This document shows positions 22,480-36,600 of a DNA stretch of 64,000 nt, piece by piece. The stretch lies in assembly GCA_965113315.1 (NCBI GenBank), contig OZ220364.1; one strand, written 5' to 3'. Each line of letters opens with the position of its first letter. Within the stretch, counting starts at the first letter, position 1. Both the position numbers and the translations under genes were made by a program. The notes beneath the pieces were generated by a model. That model made no database searches. It was not told the DNA's origin and saw only the letters and a program-made list of their open reading frames with translations. This stretch comes from Podarcis vaucheri (taxonomy: Eukaryota).

Positions 22480-25400
22480 GAGCCTACACAACACAAAACA
22501 CTTGCTGTATGTAGGTTTTATTTTATTTGTTTTTTATCTTATATTTTGGAAATGTGCATCCAGGTTCCCCCCCCCTTTAATTTTATCTTGGGGCCCCTCT
22601 TAGCAACACTCGCCTAGAGGTGTAAGAAGGGCTGACTTCTCAAGAGAACGGTACCTCTGACAAGGCTTTTTATTGTTTGTTCTTCCAAAGGTTGCTGCTG
22701 GACTATGCCCCTCTGGTTTCTCTCTTCCAGCTGTCTCTGCTCCCTTCTTGGAGATCAGATGCTGGAGACTCAGAACAGTTGGAAGGAACCATGGGATCTG
22801 GCACATTTGATCAGCAACCCTTGGGAGAGTGGATCAGCAGAGCATGGATTCCGCTGAATCAAAGGTAGTTGGAGGGACCCTGGAAAAAAACAAAACTTGT
22901 TTGGGGATCCTCCTGTTAATCTCCCTCCATTCTTTCACCCATCCAGTGGTCCACACATCTGGGGAGGATAATGAGGGCCATCTTCTAACTAGCCTCACAT
23001 TGCTTGGCTTTCTTTAGTAACCCCAGGGAAGACTCAACCATTTTGTTCGTTACTTGACTGAGGATTCAGTAGGATAAGGTTCAGATCCATAGCTCAGCGG
23101 TAGTGCATCTGTTTTGCATGCAGAAGGTCCCAGATCTCCAGAGAGAATGCCTGAATCCATGGAGAGCTGCTGCCATTCAGTGCAGGCAGTGCTGAGCTAG
23201 GACAGTGGTCTGACTTGGTACAAGGCAGCTTCCTCTGTTCTTACGTTCCCTCTTCTCCAGAAGATGCCTGCATTGCCATTCATCATTTCCTATGATCATC
23301 GCAATGTATCTTCTTGTGCTGGTGTCAACCGCCTTGAAGTTGTATGGGAGGCAGTGTGCTCCTTTGCTCATACTCCCCTGCTCTGACCTTTCTATTTGGA
23401 GAGAGTGGCTTGCCATCAAAAGAGGAGTGGGGGGCTGGCGGGGGCTATTGTCAGCTTCATCATTGCAACTTGGCTCGCCCCGGTCCTTTTGTGTGGGCCG
23501 GCTCCATCAGTCACAGTTGCCAGCCAACCAGAGAGAAAAGAAATAATCTCGTGGAGTCTTTGAAGCTCAGCTGTATTCCAGAGGGATGCTTGGGTTAGCT
23601 TTTACAGCATTACTGGAGCAAACAGTTGCATAAACGCCACAACTTTTGCAGCAAAGGGGTGAAGTGGCTTGAGGATAAAAACGGCAAAACTTGCGGAAAG
23701 ATCTGCAAGCCGCATTCTTAATAGCTAAGCTCTGTGAGACAGGGAAGAGCTTAGTGTAGCTTAACTGGAAATGAGGATTTCTGAGTACCAGTATCCAGTA
23801 AATATTTCTTAAACACGATGATTATTTAGATGGTGTATAAGAACAGGGACCTTGCAAGGGAAATTAGTCTTTGTTTGGAACACCACCTGCACTCAAGAAA
23901 TTATTTCGCTTTGCCTCTTCTTCCAGGGGGCTGTGAAACACCACGTCCTGGTGAATTTCCCATGACTCACACAAAATCACTGATCACATTCCCAATCCTC
24001 CCGGCCGAACGCCCTCCCCCCTCCCCCCCTTCCTTCCTCTCCTCTCATGCATGGCTTAACAGGCCATTTCCTGATTCCTTCCAACACGTGTCTCAGTGGA
24101 ACACTTCATCCATCCCTCCTCCCCAATGTTGTCAGAGTCCCAGGTATGCCACACAGCAAGCCTGGGAGGGGGCTGGGCAATAGGGACATAGAGGGAATGG
24201 GCAGGAGACATCGCAGAACTTCTGATCTCCTGCTGCCTTGGGAGATCTAAAGGCATGTATATGTTCTCTGGCTTTCAACCCAGCAACCCTGGCTTGAGAG
24301 AAAGCTTATACGCAAGAGAGCTGGCCAAACATTGAAATGTATGGTTGAAGTCACTTGTGTGAGATCGCCATTTGTGCATCACAGTGATTGTGGAGCTTGA
24401 GATTGGGCTAAGTGGCCAAGGTCCAGAGAAGCCAATAGCGTACATGCTAGATATAGGGAGCTTTTCTTTACCAGAGTCAGGCCATTGGCTCAGTACTGTC
24501 TTCAACACTGACTGGCCAACCAGCTCCCTGTTGTTTCATAGGGAGCTGCCTTAGACTAAGTTGGACACACTGGCCTTCCACGCTCAGTAATGGCTCTCCA
24601 GGGTTTTAGAAAGGAGTGCTTTACAGCCTGGGGAGACCTGGTATTCAACCGAGGATGCCCTAACGTTGAGCTACAGCCTCATCCTGAAAGGTGTGCTTTC
24701 CTAGCTTGTCCTCAGAATGCCAGAGATTGAATCTGAGGCCTTGTGGATGCTCTGCCACTGAACCACAACTCTTGCCACATTTTAAAAAACTGTGTGGTGT
24801 TCAGCTTCAGCAGGTCTTGCTGAAATGTTAAGCAGCCCCCCCTCCCCCAGTTCCATGCACCTTCAACCTTGACCAAAAAGGATAGGCTATTTAAACGGGA
24901 TTTTGATGCAGAAGGGTCAAGACGGCAGCACCAGTGTGCAGGGTTTTGTGTCGCTTAGCGCTCCTCTAATCAGAGGCAACTCCGAGTGCTTTCTCTGCTG
25001 GCGTGTGCCAGCATCCCTGTTGAGTTGGCCTTTCAGATCCCAGCTTCAAATAACACTTGATCTAAACATTTCCCGTTATTGTGGGGAGGGGATGTGGGCA
25101 GGGAAGCGAAGGAAGAAGGAGGGACTGGGAACTTAAAAATAATCTGTAATAAAGAAAGGAAGCACTGCAGAACTCGGGAGCCTCGTCTTTCCTGTGAGCC
25201 ACGGAGGAGGGTGGGCTTGAGAACGAGGCGGAGGAAAAAAATAAATTGGCTCAATAGTTCAGATGCTCACTTGACTTGTGGGAGAGGAGGAGGAGGTGGA
25301 GAATAGTTTCAAGGGCAGGAGGTGTGACCCTTTGGAGCGGAAAAGGTCATAAAATGCTACCGAGTCATGCTGTTGTAAAATGCCGGATGCTCGTTTCATA

Positions 25401-27674
25401 ACACTCTCATCGTTCCTGGTTAAGAGTTCTGCACGTATTTTCTTACAATGTGTCCCAAGTATTCCGTGCCGGGAAAGTGACGTCACTCATCTGTTCTGCA
25501 TGCAGAGGATCCCTGGCACCTCCCGGTAGGGCAATGGAGAAACCCTGCCTCATATCCTGGGGAGCCACTGCCAGTCAGCAGAGACTAGATGGCCTAATGG
25601 CCTGAGGCAACATCCACTGTTCCTAGATTTTTATACTACTGGTGGGTTTCTCCCCCTCCAAATCTACCTATAGGAAAGACATTATGGCCTGATGCACCCT
25701 TGGCTTTCTAGTTCCTGGTGGATGATACCTGTTGTCATTATGGTCCAACTGTTTTCCAGAATGGCAGGATGCCCTAAAATCTAGCATATACTGTCCAAAT
25801 TTGGACCACAAAATCTGAGTTTGATAAGCCAAGATGTGCGCTAGCTTCACGTACAGCTTCTTTACAGCTCCCTCTCCACATACAAACCACAGTTAACTAT
25901 AGTTTCCTGTCACATCTGAACCAGGTCAATGGCTTCCAAACAAGGTAAGATGATGTCATATGAAATTGGTTTTCTGATCCTTGATAGTTGTATCCAGTTG
26001 GCATTCCTTCACTGGCAGAAAGCTTTTGCCACCAGTAGAGGATTCCATCAGCGGAACAGAAAGGGAGGTGATGTTTGGCAATAGCCCCTTTATACACCCT
26101 GCAGCCCCCTGCAACCCATACCATACTTCTTTGGTGGCTCCCCCCAAACTTCTGGAGCAGATTTGGGGGAGTTCAAAGGGAAAGGGGATTCTTGGCTCCT
26201 CCCCATTCCACTGACGGAAGCCAAAGAGCCTTACCAGTTGCTGGAAACCATAGGAAGGGAGAGTGCTGTTGTGCCTGAATCATGCTTGCTGTTTTCACGC
26301 AGGCAACTGTTCATCCACTGTGAGAACAGGATAGTGGATCAGATGCTCTTCTTAACAATCTTCTGTTCTTCTGTTACATGCCCAAAGTGGATAGGCATTG
26401 CAATTCAAATGGTGTGTGTGAGCCGTGTCTTGCGATTGATTATGCAGGGTGGGGCTTACCCCCCCCACCAATATTTTATTCAAGTTGGCAGCCCTGAGTA
26501 TATACGTTTGTATTCTGCTGCATAACAAAAAGTTTTCTGGGCTGTTTACAATAAATAATTAAAACAACAACAACAATGAACTGCAGCAAGTCCACAACTT
26601 AGGCACATTTAACTTGTGCGCATTCAGCTTTATGTGCTTGGCAAAGAATAAAAATAACAATAAGAAAGGGGGGCAGGGTTCCAGGAAAAATGACTTGGAC
26701 AATCCCAACCACCATTGAACCCTGTATGCTTTGACTGCACGATTTTGGCTTTAGGTGCAAACCCCAGAATGTAACCCTCACGTAAGTTGCAGCTTACTGT
26801 ACAAAGTGAAAAAGATCAAACAATTAAAAGGGGGGGGGCAATCCTACATAAATAACAATACAGAACTTGCCACACACCCAAAATTAAAAACAGATTTGCT
26901 ATGTTAACGATATAGCAACACTGAAGAGTTAGAATTCAGAATAAAACCCAGGCAAAGTTGAAATGAAATGAAGTAACGTACTGGGGCTAAGCAGCAAAGG
27001 CTAGGAAACATAAATGTCATCTTAATAGTCACTGAATGTTAATAATAATGGAGTTTGGCTAAGCTCAGAAGGGGTCATATCCCCACAATAAGTGTTCCAT
27101 CACAGACAAGGTCTTCCCCGTCGCTGCCACCAACCAAACTTCCAAGGTTGCGACACAACCAAGAAGGCCTCATAAACTTTGTAGCATTCATACAAGGCAA
27201 TTAGAGAAAAAAGAGCTCCTTCAGGGTTGTGGTTGTTTTAAAAAAGAACAGAGGCCCACATTACCTAAATTATTTAAAAGGACTGAGTGAACAAAAAGCT
27301 CTTCACTTGATGCCAGTAGGGTCACAAATATGGCTCCAGGAGAGCTTCCCAGGAAGGCTATTTTATAACTGAGGTGCCACCACTGAAAAGTCCCTGTCCC
27401 TGGTGGTTACCTGCCTTGCTTAAGCCGTAGAGGGCATCCAAAGAGGATTTTAAGGTTCTGGTAGTCCAAGGGCCTTTCTGTAGAGAGGTTTGGGGGAAAT
27501 AAGCTGGACTAGTGGGTGACTAGGTGACACAGGATCAGTATGCTACAAGCAGTATTTAAATTTGTTGTGGAAGCGCTGAGGAGGGAACCCACGAGCCATT
27601 GAGTACAGTCACACCCCCTCTTCTGAGGTAACTTTAGTGGTAGGTATTCCCCTTTCTCAGGTGTTTCTCTAGTA

Positions 27675-27810
27675 CAGGCATAGGCAAACGCGGCCCTCCA
27701 GATGTTTTGGGTCTACAATTCCCATCATCCCTGACCACTAGTCCTGTTAGCTAGGGATCATGAGAGTTGTGGTCCAAAAACAACTGGAGGGCTGAGTTTG
27801 CCTATGCCTG
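27675..27810. mobile_element. hAT-like palindromic MITE
   Basis: CAGGCATAGGCAAAC TIRs with a perfect 8-bp TSD CTCTAGTA at 27667-27674 and 27811-27818. Confidence 0.92.
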
Positions 27811-29154
27811 CTCTAGTACAAGAGGAGGGTCATAGGTCAGTAGAGTGCTACACATCCTTTGTATGTATGATTCTCCATGTTGAAGCCCCAGATATCTGTA
27901 GTCAGTAATACTGGGCTTGCATGTGAGATACAAGACACAGAAAGTCCTGCTCAGCTCCTGATTACAAAACCTATGGCTGGTGTTCAGAAACTTGTAGATT
28001 GCAAATGAGTCAGCCAGTGTCAAGGGGGGGAAAGTGTCAGGGAAAACCAGCCTTAGGAACCATTCTGTGCCAGCCTTGCTTACCAAACGAAGTGCAGAAT
28101 ACCTATGGAATACCTTCATATGTGATTGTTGTCACGTTTGCAAGTAGCTTGCAATCTCAGGCTGCTTCTCTGTCTTGATTGATTGATTTTATTTTCCAAT
28201 TTTGCATGCTCTCTTCCTTTTTTTTATTGCATTCAGAGGCTGGATTTTTAATTAGCTGTTTCTGGTATTTCCTTCTCAATGTCACGAATGGTTTTAAACT
28301 CTTGTTTTCTTATCAGTTGACCTTTCCTTTGGCTTACTCGGTTTCCTTCCTGGCCTCACCTTAACGATTCCCAACCACCCCCACCCCCAAAAAAGAAATG
28401 TAATCCAAGTTGCCCTCATCGTGCGCCACACCACTTCCCCCTTGACCTTTGTTTGGGATTGCAGCGGGGTCTGCCTCTGGCTGCAGCAACTGATAAGGGT
28501 GGATTTCTCATATGTCAAAATGGGAAATGAAAGCAGTTGTCTAGGGCCAACTTTTCCTCCATTTTTCCAAGTGGAATTTGAGGCGCCTTGTACTTCTTGT
28601 GCCTTTTAAAGCAGCTGTGGTGAGGGCAGGGATTGCAACAGATTAGATCTGAGGTCAATTTCAATCCTGATGTGTCATAGTTCCACAAAGGCTTGACCGC
28701 TCCAGCGACCTAACGCTGCACATTTCGTTTGTGGCTAGGAAAGGTGACCAGAGACCTCGCCTCCTTGAGAAGAGGCAAAGGGGTTGTAATCAAGGAAGGA
28801 AAGGACTTCCGTCGATTCTCACCGTGGTGGCAAGAAGCTGAAATGGTTCTCAGCACAGTGCCAGCCTCTGGGAGAACATATAGGATCTGACGCCAAAGTC
28901 TTTCTTCGCCTCTCAGCAGTGGCTGATAAGGTGGAGGGGAGGCCAAAAGTAAGGGCTTAGTCTGAGATCCTTTTTCTCTTCTGCACTTCCATGAACCCTC
29001 TTCACTGAGGCTTCACTGGAGAAATCAGCTGGCAGATTTCAGGATATGTGTGTGGTTTGCAATCCAAATGGCATTTGATTGAAAGAAGCAAAAATCAGGG
29101 GGAGGTGGGGCAGTAAAGATGTAATTCCACTTAGGGTTCTACCTAAAAGATATT

Positions 29155-29725
29155 TTTCATATTTTTAAATTTGTTTTTAAATAATGTAAACAAATTACAA
29201 ACAACAATTTAGAGTCCAAATATTGAGATTACAGTACTCTGATTCTCCTGACTTCCCCCAATCCCTTCCCTGGGTCCTAATGATAATGTTTACAACTGCA
29301 TTTCAACATGAATCCAATTTTTTATCCTTCTAACTTATCCATCCTTTCTGTTACTTTACAAGTGCGGTTAAAATCCTGTCGATGTGTTAACTTGCTTGCA
29401 GTGGTCTCTTAAGGAAATCATAAACTTTTCCCATTCTTTTTAAAAGTTTTTGTCTTCTTGATTTCTGAGCATCCCAGTTAATTTTGCCATTTTGGCATAG
29501 CCCATCAGCTTGGTTTGCCATTCTTCTCTAGTCAGGGTTTTTTCTTCCTTTCATTTCTGGGCTAGTAGCATCTGTGCGGCTGTTGTCGCATCCATGAATT
29601 TTCTGGTCCTTTGGTACCTGTAATTCCAAATAAAAAGGCTTCTGGTTTTTTCCGCAAAAGTTATTTTAAACATTTTTTTCAATTCATTATATGTCATCTC
29701 CCAAAAAAAATAATTACTCTACACG
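29155..29725 (-). mobile_element. L1-clade 3' fragment
   Basis: Reverse complement is similar to 4900-5330 (GAAATGATATATAATGAATTGAAAAAAATGTTTAAAATAACTTT-type and EEWQ.KLM.YA-type segments). Confidence 0.7.
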
Positions 29726-30042
29726 TCCACTGTTTAGTCACCTCTCTCTTTCCTCCCCCAATATAAACTTGGATGCAGTGGGGCGGGAAAAGTAGGCTGT
29801 ATTCAGAGATCCCTCTAATTCCTGGATCCAGCAAGAGTTACAATCTAATCAAGGCTTCTGATTCTTGGAATAGGCAGGCTAGCCTGCTTTTGAGGTGCAA
29901 TGGGAACCAAGGAAGGGGCTCTGTGGGAGACGGCAAATGGGTGGGGCCTTTCCCTCAACTCGCGGATATTCAGAAGGGCAAAAGCCAGAGTTTGGAGTGG
30001 AGAGATTACAGTGGTGTGACCTAGAAGCAAAGCAGCAGGCAC

Positions 30043-30080
<38 letters not shown>

Positions 30081-31149
30081 CCATGCCAGATTTCTGCTTG
30101 AATCCAAGGAGAAACAAGACCCTTTTGGGGTGTTCATGCTGTGAACCCCTCCATCGTGGGCTCAAGATCTATATATGTGTAAGTAAACCATATATCCTAA
30201 AGACACTGCAGTCTCCGCTGTGCCTTGTTCCAAAAGGAAGCACGAACTCCAGGGTAAAGGCCTGGAACCCCTGGAATTTCGCACTGCTCGGAGATGGGGT
30301 GGCGTGCAACACAAACGCTACCACTTAGCGTCTTTGAGCGCATCCCCGTAGAAAGGATTTGGTGTAAATGCCTGAAATAAAGAAATAACAGTGAGAGGCG
30401 TGCTTGAGTGGAATCTTTCGAAAAGGACGGGGGGTGGCGGGGAGCGCTGGCATATTTCTTTCCAGCCTTGCCTTCGTGAAATGCTATCAGTTTCAGAGTC
30501 CACTTTGAGAAAGCATCGACCTGAGCTGGCTGCCTTTGTTGGCTGTGTGCACTTGACTGGGCATAAGAAATGGAGCTCTTCGTCAAAGCCCCCCATGAAG
30601 TCAAGGTTGAAACACATTAGCAGAATATGAGGAGCTTGGGTTACTGCAACTCGTACTATGTAGCTGGGGGCAATTTATTTCTTTTTTTAAATGCCAGTGG
30701 CAGTAGAGCTTTGGTTTCCACTATCTCCAGCCATAGCAGCTTTCATTAGTTTTAATCAAAGGGTCTTTTGAAATCATGGAAACTTATTTATAATGGGTGC
30801 ATTTAGAGATAAGCTGAACTGAAAAGACACCTTTGTTGTTATGGGTGATCTAGGACTAGTTCCACCTAGCCAGGATTTTCAGAGTTGTGTGCCATGGTGC
30901 TGTCACCTCCTATAGTGCCCTTGAGTGACGGGAAGCGGGGAAAATGCACTTCTTCCTTCCCTGATAAATCCATTTTGTGGCCTTCTGGCTTATACTGGCA
31001 CTGCATCCTCACCTGGAGGGAAGAGCTACACCTTGACATGACCTGAAGCATTGAGTTAGGCTACAGCCTTGACACTTCCTGTAGAGCGCCCAGATTAGGA
31101 AGAAATTCGACATTTGAAGGCAAACCTTCCTAATTTGCCTTTTCCAGTA

Positions 31150-31374
31150 CAGTGGTACCTCGGGTTACAGACGCTCCAGGTTACAGACTCCGCTAACCGA
31201 AAATAGTACCTCGGGTTAAGAACTTTGCTTCAGGATGAGAACAGAAATCGTGCTCCGGCGGCGCAGCAGCAGGAGGAGGCCCCATTACCTAAAGTGGTGC
31301 TTCAGGTTAAGAACAGTTTCAGGTTAAGAACGGACCTCCAGAACGAATTAAGTTCTTAACCCAAGGTACCACTG
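31150..31374 (+). mobile_element. CAGTGGTACCTC-family MITE
   Basis: TIRs and TA flanks; inserted in an older repeat. Confidence 0.9.
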
Positions 31375-31557
31375 TACAGTAACACACATTGGAATACAGC
31401 TGTCCTTCAGAATTCGTACTTATCCAGGTTTTGCAGCGCAGTTCTCCAGCCAGCTATTGTTTACAAAATTGCAGATACTGGTGTGCCTATAAATGTGTAT
31501 ATTTGTGGAAAATAACGTACAAAAATGCATTCTGTTAGGGGAAACGGCATAAAAAAA

Positions 31558-31988
31558 TTATTTATTTATTTTCCTGTATTTATATACTGCCCTATACCTG
31601 GGGGTCTCAGGGCGGTTCACAGAATAAAATCAAGATATAAAACTACAAAAATACCTAATGAAAATAAAAACAGCAACCAACCCCCCACCCAAAAAAACCC
31701 CCACATTTTAAAAGGGCATAGGATATAAATCACATCAACCAAATGCCTGGTTAAAGAGAAACGCTTTTGCCTTGTGCCTTAAGGTGTATAATCGAGGTGC
31801 CAGGCGAACTTCCCTGGGGAGAGAATTTCACAGGTGGGGAGCCACTGCATAGAAGGCCCGTTCTCATGTTGCCACCCTCCAGAACTCTCGAGGAGGAGAC
31901 ACAGAAAGGAGGGCCTCAGAAGATAATCTCAGGGTCCGGGTAGGTTCATATGGAAAGAGGCGGTCCTTGAGGTATTGTGGTCCTGAGC
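31558..31988 (-). mobile_element. L2-clade LINE 3' fragment (different subfamily)
   Basis: (TTTA)n tail followed by CTCAGGGCGGTTCACA...GGAGCCACTGCATAGAAGGCCC, the reverse complement of an RAF..VAP.LWNSLP end. Confidence 0.65.
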
Positions 31989-32552
31989 TAATGTGTATAG
32001 TTGGAATAATTCACGGGATAATGCTGATGGATTTTCATGAGAACATCATTTCCCATGGAAATGGAGCCCTCAAAACCCTGAAAAGGTTGACCACACCTGC
32101 TCTCATGCATCTTCTTCTCTTGCTTGCTGTTGCTGTCCAGGCTCAGGTAGACGGAGGAAGGTAAATGCAAGGACCATTGGAGGAAAGGGTCGGAAGGTGC
32201 ACAATACCTTGGGGCAGTTCTAACCTTTATGCCCTCAAATTGGGTGATGAAGCTGCAACCAGCCTTTAGGATTTCCAGATTTTTACTGGACCTGCTGTTG
32301 TGCCATAGCAGTACTAACCAAATATTTTGTCTGTTTTTCCTGCTGTGCCTTTGACTCTTAATTTTTTGTATGTCGCTTAGAGACTTTTTTCTTTGAAATT
32401 AGGTAACTAACAAGTTACATTAAAACTACCATTATCATTAATTAATAGCAATAATAATTAATACTCTGGCATGCAGAATATTGCAGGTGAGGACTGCAGC
32501 GAACTTCTTGCAAAATCAACAAGGGGTGTGTTAAGACAGGGTTCACCTAAGT

Positions 32553-32932
32553 GGGAGCTGGTGGTGCTGTGGTCTAAACCACTGAGCTTCTTGGGCTTGC
32601 TGATCAGAACGTCAGAGGTTCGAATTCGTGCGATGGGGTGAACTCCCGTTGCTCTGCCCCAGCTTCTGCCAATGTAGCAGTTTGAAAGCACGCCAGTGCA
32701 AGTAGATAAATAGGTACCACTGTGGCAGGAAGGTAAACAGTGTTTCCATGCGCTCTGGCTTCCGTCATGGTGTCCCATTGCACTAGAAGTAGTTTAGTCA
32801 TGCTGGCCACTTGACCCGGAAAGCTGTCTGTGGACAAACACCGGCTCCCTCGGCCTGAAAGTGAGATGAGCGCCGCAAGCCCGTAGTCGCCTTTGACTGG
32901 ACTTAACCGTCCAGGGGTCCTTTACCTTTACC
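32553..32932 (+). mobile_element. Sauria SINE
   Basis: Same family as 16519; (ACCTTT)n tail; short TSD-like TCACCTA. Confidence 0.9.
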
Positions 32933-32968
32933 TCACCTACATGGTGCCCTCCAGAAAATGTTGGACTC

Positions 32969-33647
32969 TGTGATAGGAATTTTATGGTCTTAGATATATG
33001 GTAATGTTCATAACTGCACATACATAGATCAACACAGGAAGATCAACCTGGAACCATTTTGATTCCTAAACTGACCAAATCCTTTCTCTGCAAGGTTAAA
33101 CTGGAAAAGCCTCCCCATTGTCTCTTTCCTCACAAATCCTGTCTCAAGGATATGTCTGTTTGAATAAGGTGTGAGCCTGTGACCTGGCCCAGGAAATAAG
33201 TATTTTACCACTACAAAAGAATGGCCAGGCTCCCCAGGAAATCCAATCAAGTAACCTGCTAGACAGGAGATAAACAACAGGAGAAAAACAATATTAAAAT
33301 TTATGTGATGTAGGTGGGATGTATCTGAGGGGTGGTCTTAGGTTACACCCCTTCTGTGATGTATGCATAATGTTTCTGGGGGTGGTCTTGATCTAGAAGA
33401 TGGGAATTTCAAAAGTCTTTATAAGCCCTGGCACAGTAATTTTGTGGGTCCTCTTCCTCTCCTGCGTGTGAGGGGAGCACCTTGTTGCAACAGATCAATA
33501 AAGATCAAGCTTACTAGCTGCTTTGCTCCTCAATATTCTCTGGTTGGCCTCTGTTATTTTCTCCTACCAATAGGGAACCTATGTAAGGACTCTATATGGG
33601 CTCTTGGATACCCCATAAGGGAAAAGGGCATATTTTTATTTACAACA
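32969..33647 (+). mobile_element. Solo LTR (ERV- or Gypsy-type), 679 bp
   Basis: TGT...ACA termini; 4-bp TSD ACTC at 32965-32968 and 33648-33651; TATAA at 33420; AATAAA at 33497; interrupts a MITE remnant. Confidence 0.7.
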
Positions 33648-36600
33648 ACTCCATCCAACTCCCATCAGTCCCAGCCAGTGTGGTCAGGGACAGAGGGAGT
33701 TGGAGTGCACCGGTCAGAGAAATGCTGTGCTATGACGAGATACTTTCTACAGAGATACAAGATGCTTTCTACAGAGATGCAGACAAAGTTCTAATGGGCA
33801 TCTGTTTGGGGCATCCATGCAGTATATACAGTAACAGCTCGCTGCGGCTTACTGAGAGAACAGGGCCAATGTGACAGGGAGGAAGGTGAGGTGCAGAAAC
33901 ATTGGCACCCTTTCCCTGCACTGACCTCCCCAATGCCTCCCCTTTCTCCCTGATTGTAAGCACCAGTGATCCACTTGCCAGAAAGCCAGCACAGCTTCCC
34001 TGCTGGATAGCAAGGGTAAAATCCCCCTTTCCAGTATAGGTTTGCCTCCAATGACAGCTCTATAGATGTGTAGCTCCGTGGCAGGAAACCCATGTTGTTG
34101 TCTTGCACCCTCGCTTACATGACAGAATGTCTTGTATCGTGAGGTAAAATCTATTTTTGCTGTAGTCATACACAGCACCAACCAACACCGTTTCGGATTG
34201 TGCCAATTGCTTGAAACAACAACAACAAACAAACCTTTGTTTTTAGTTCATAACATTTGTATCTGCCTGAAGGTATATTGGTTAACATTTGATCAGCTCT
34301 GCGAAGGCCTGTGAAATAATTAACTTCCTAGTTACTGCACGGCTGGCTGAGAGTAGCTATAGAAACTGACACCCCCCCCCCCAATCTGTCATGAGCCTGA
34401 ACTGGACTTGTGTCCATTGTCCCATGTCCCATTAAATAGTGCAAAATGGTGTCTCTTCTGAAGGACACGTTATTGTGGAAACGAAGGGGATTAGGGTGAC
34501 TCACCATAAGTGGTTGCCCTCTTTCAATTTCTCAGTTTAGCATAACAATGCTTGTGGACACAGCGATTATGCATCCTGTAGCGTTTCCATATTGCCCAGA
34601 GAGCCAAATTTTTGCCGGGATTCTAGGCCTGCCACCTTGTGCCTGTTTGGGGCATTAGCTGCCTGCCCTGGATTCACGTTTTCTTTTGTTACAAAATACA
34701 TTTCTGTTTTCATGGAATTGTTGCATATTTTGAGTATGTGTGTTTATATTTTTTTGAAATCGGTTTTATAATTGCAGATTCCCCAAGTCTATTGGGCAGT
34801 CAAGCAGTTAAGTGGTATATAAATATTCTATTGTTGTTGTTGTTGTTGTTGTTGGTATATAAATAAATTTATGATGTTTTATATATAGAGAGAGGGAGAG
34901 AAAGTGCCTGAGATATAAGGGGACCTTGCAGGCAATATTCTGCTCAATTGTTTAGTAAAGAAACAAGGCTGTGTTCTGCGTTCCACTGTTGTAACTAACA
35001 AGGAAATTCACTGCTAAGATTGACAGAAGGTCATTGGAACAACTGCACATAAGGAAAGTGACAAGATTTCTGTACTCTTCTCTCCAGTTACAGCTTTTTT
35101 GTGTGTGCTCAAGGTTTCTGCCTTTTGTTTGGTATGTAGGTATGAGTGTATAGAGTTCATCCTCCCTTTCTTCCAAACATGGGCCTTACGAGTTAAGGTG
35201 CCCTGAAGCATATATAAATGATACTTTTTTCCTTTGTAAGGGAATGGCCCAGGGTATGGTGTGAGGTAATGGCCCAGGGTATGGTGTGAAGGCACGTTAG
35301 ACCACCACTTTGCTGAAGCTAAGCGGGGCGGGTCAGTGTGATTTTTGTCACAGCTCACGTCAGAGGGCAGAGTGTAAAGGTGCATGTCAAGATCACAAAA
35401 GAGCGTAAAGTTTGAGTTGTGCTTAGTTTGGGAAGTGCTTCCTATTTTAAATTCTAAAGTTTGCAAAATAATACTATCATGAATCTTGATGCACGCTTCT
35501 GTATTTTTAATATCTGAATTTTTGAGAACTCCTCACAGGAAAGGTGCTCAAGCTCTTGTTAGATGTTGTGCCAGCTTATGCGATTTCTTAATTCCATTAT
35601 ATGACTTTGCATGTATTCTTCTCTGTGGACCCAGTAGGGTGCTGAATATTTTCAGCCAGCATGATGTAAATTACAGCAAATCTTCAAAACAAAAAGGGAC
35701 TGAGATTCTAAAGATTAAGCCCTTGATCTAGAGCGACCTAGATACTCAAAGGCATAGGTGGAACGCTTGTGTGAGCATTTCAGTACCTGTGGAACGTCTA
35801 CTTCAGAAACGGGAAAAGAGAAAAAACCCTGTATGCGTGGAAGCTCTGTGGCATGGAAGGAAATTCTGGCTTCAGGAAGAAACAGTCGCAGTCTGAGAGA
35901 GAGTTTGCTCGATGAAACTGCTGGCAGGTTGCTGCCGGATGTTAGAAGGGAGAGGAAAATTCCTAGCCTTGGGTACTGGGAGGCAGCAGTGGAGGTGCAG
36001 ATTCTTGCAGAAAATCCCCTTGTAAGTTCTCAACTGGATAGTTGCCTAGAGGCCCTCTAGATATTGTAGGAATATAGCCCCCATCAACCCTAACCACTGG
36101 CTGTGTTGGCTGGGGCTGATGAGAATTGTTGTCCAATGACATATGGAGGGCCACAGGTTCCCCAACTGTTACAGAGAAACTCCAGACAAAGAAGTCTGCA
36201 AGGAACCTCTAGACACCATTACATGGTCCTCAATTCCACAGAAGTGTTCTCTTAAAATAAATAGAAGAAATTGCGTTCAGGGAATTTAGTGACTGGTGTA
36301 CCTGCAGCAGCACAACTGGGCACCTTCACCTGCCCCAGCTGCAACAAAACATGTCTCTCCCATATCGGTCTCTGGATCCACAGCAAGCCCTACAACCTTT
36401 CAACAATTTGACTTCCCCACCCAGAGGTGCATTCCTCCGTTGACTCCTGAGACAGGCAGATGTCAACAAGTAAGCATTGAGTCCAGGGACTGGCCTTAAT
36501 AACCAAACCAAAAACAATGTTTGCCAAGCCCATGCCCCTTCCTGGTCTGGCTGTGAAAGCCACTTCCGGAAATCTAGAACAACCCAGCAGATGTTTCGTG

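Noticed and set aside
22393-22617. Poly-Leu, poly-Lys, ER-repeat and TH-repeat ORFs (also 60595-60810, 12351-12962, 50623-50936)
   Set aside because: Translations of microsatellites and LINE tails, with no splice-compatible coding context.
23087-23132. tRNA gene
   Set aside because: Has an A-box-like TAGCTCAGCGG and an anticodon-arm-like part but no intact B box, T arm or acceptor stem; it is a decayed tRNA-derived SINE head.
35243-35289. Short tandem duplications (25-bp period here; 24-bp period at ~59380-59427)
   Set aside because: Two-copy slippage-type duplications with no further structure.
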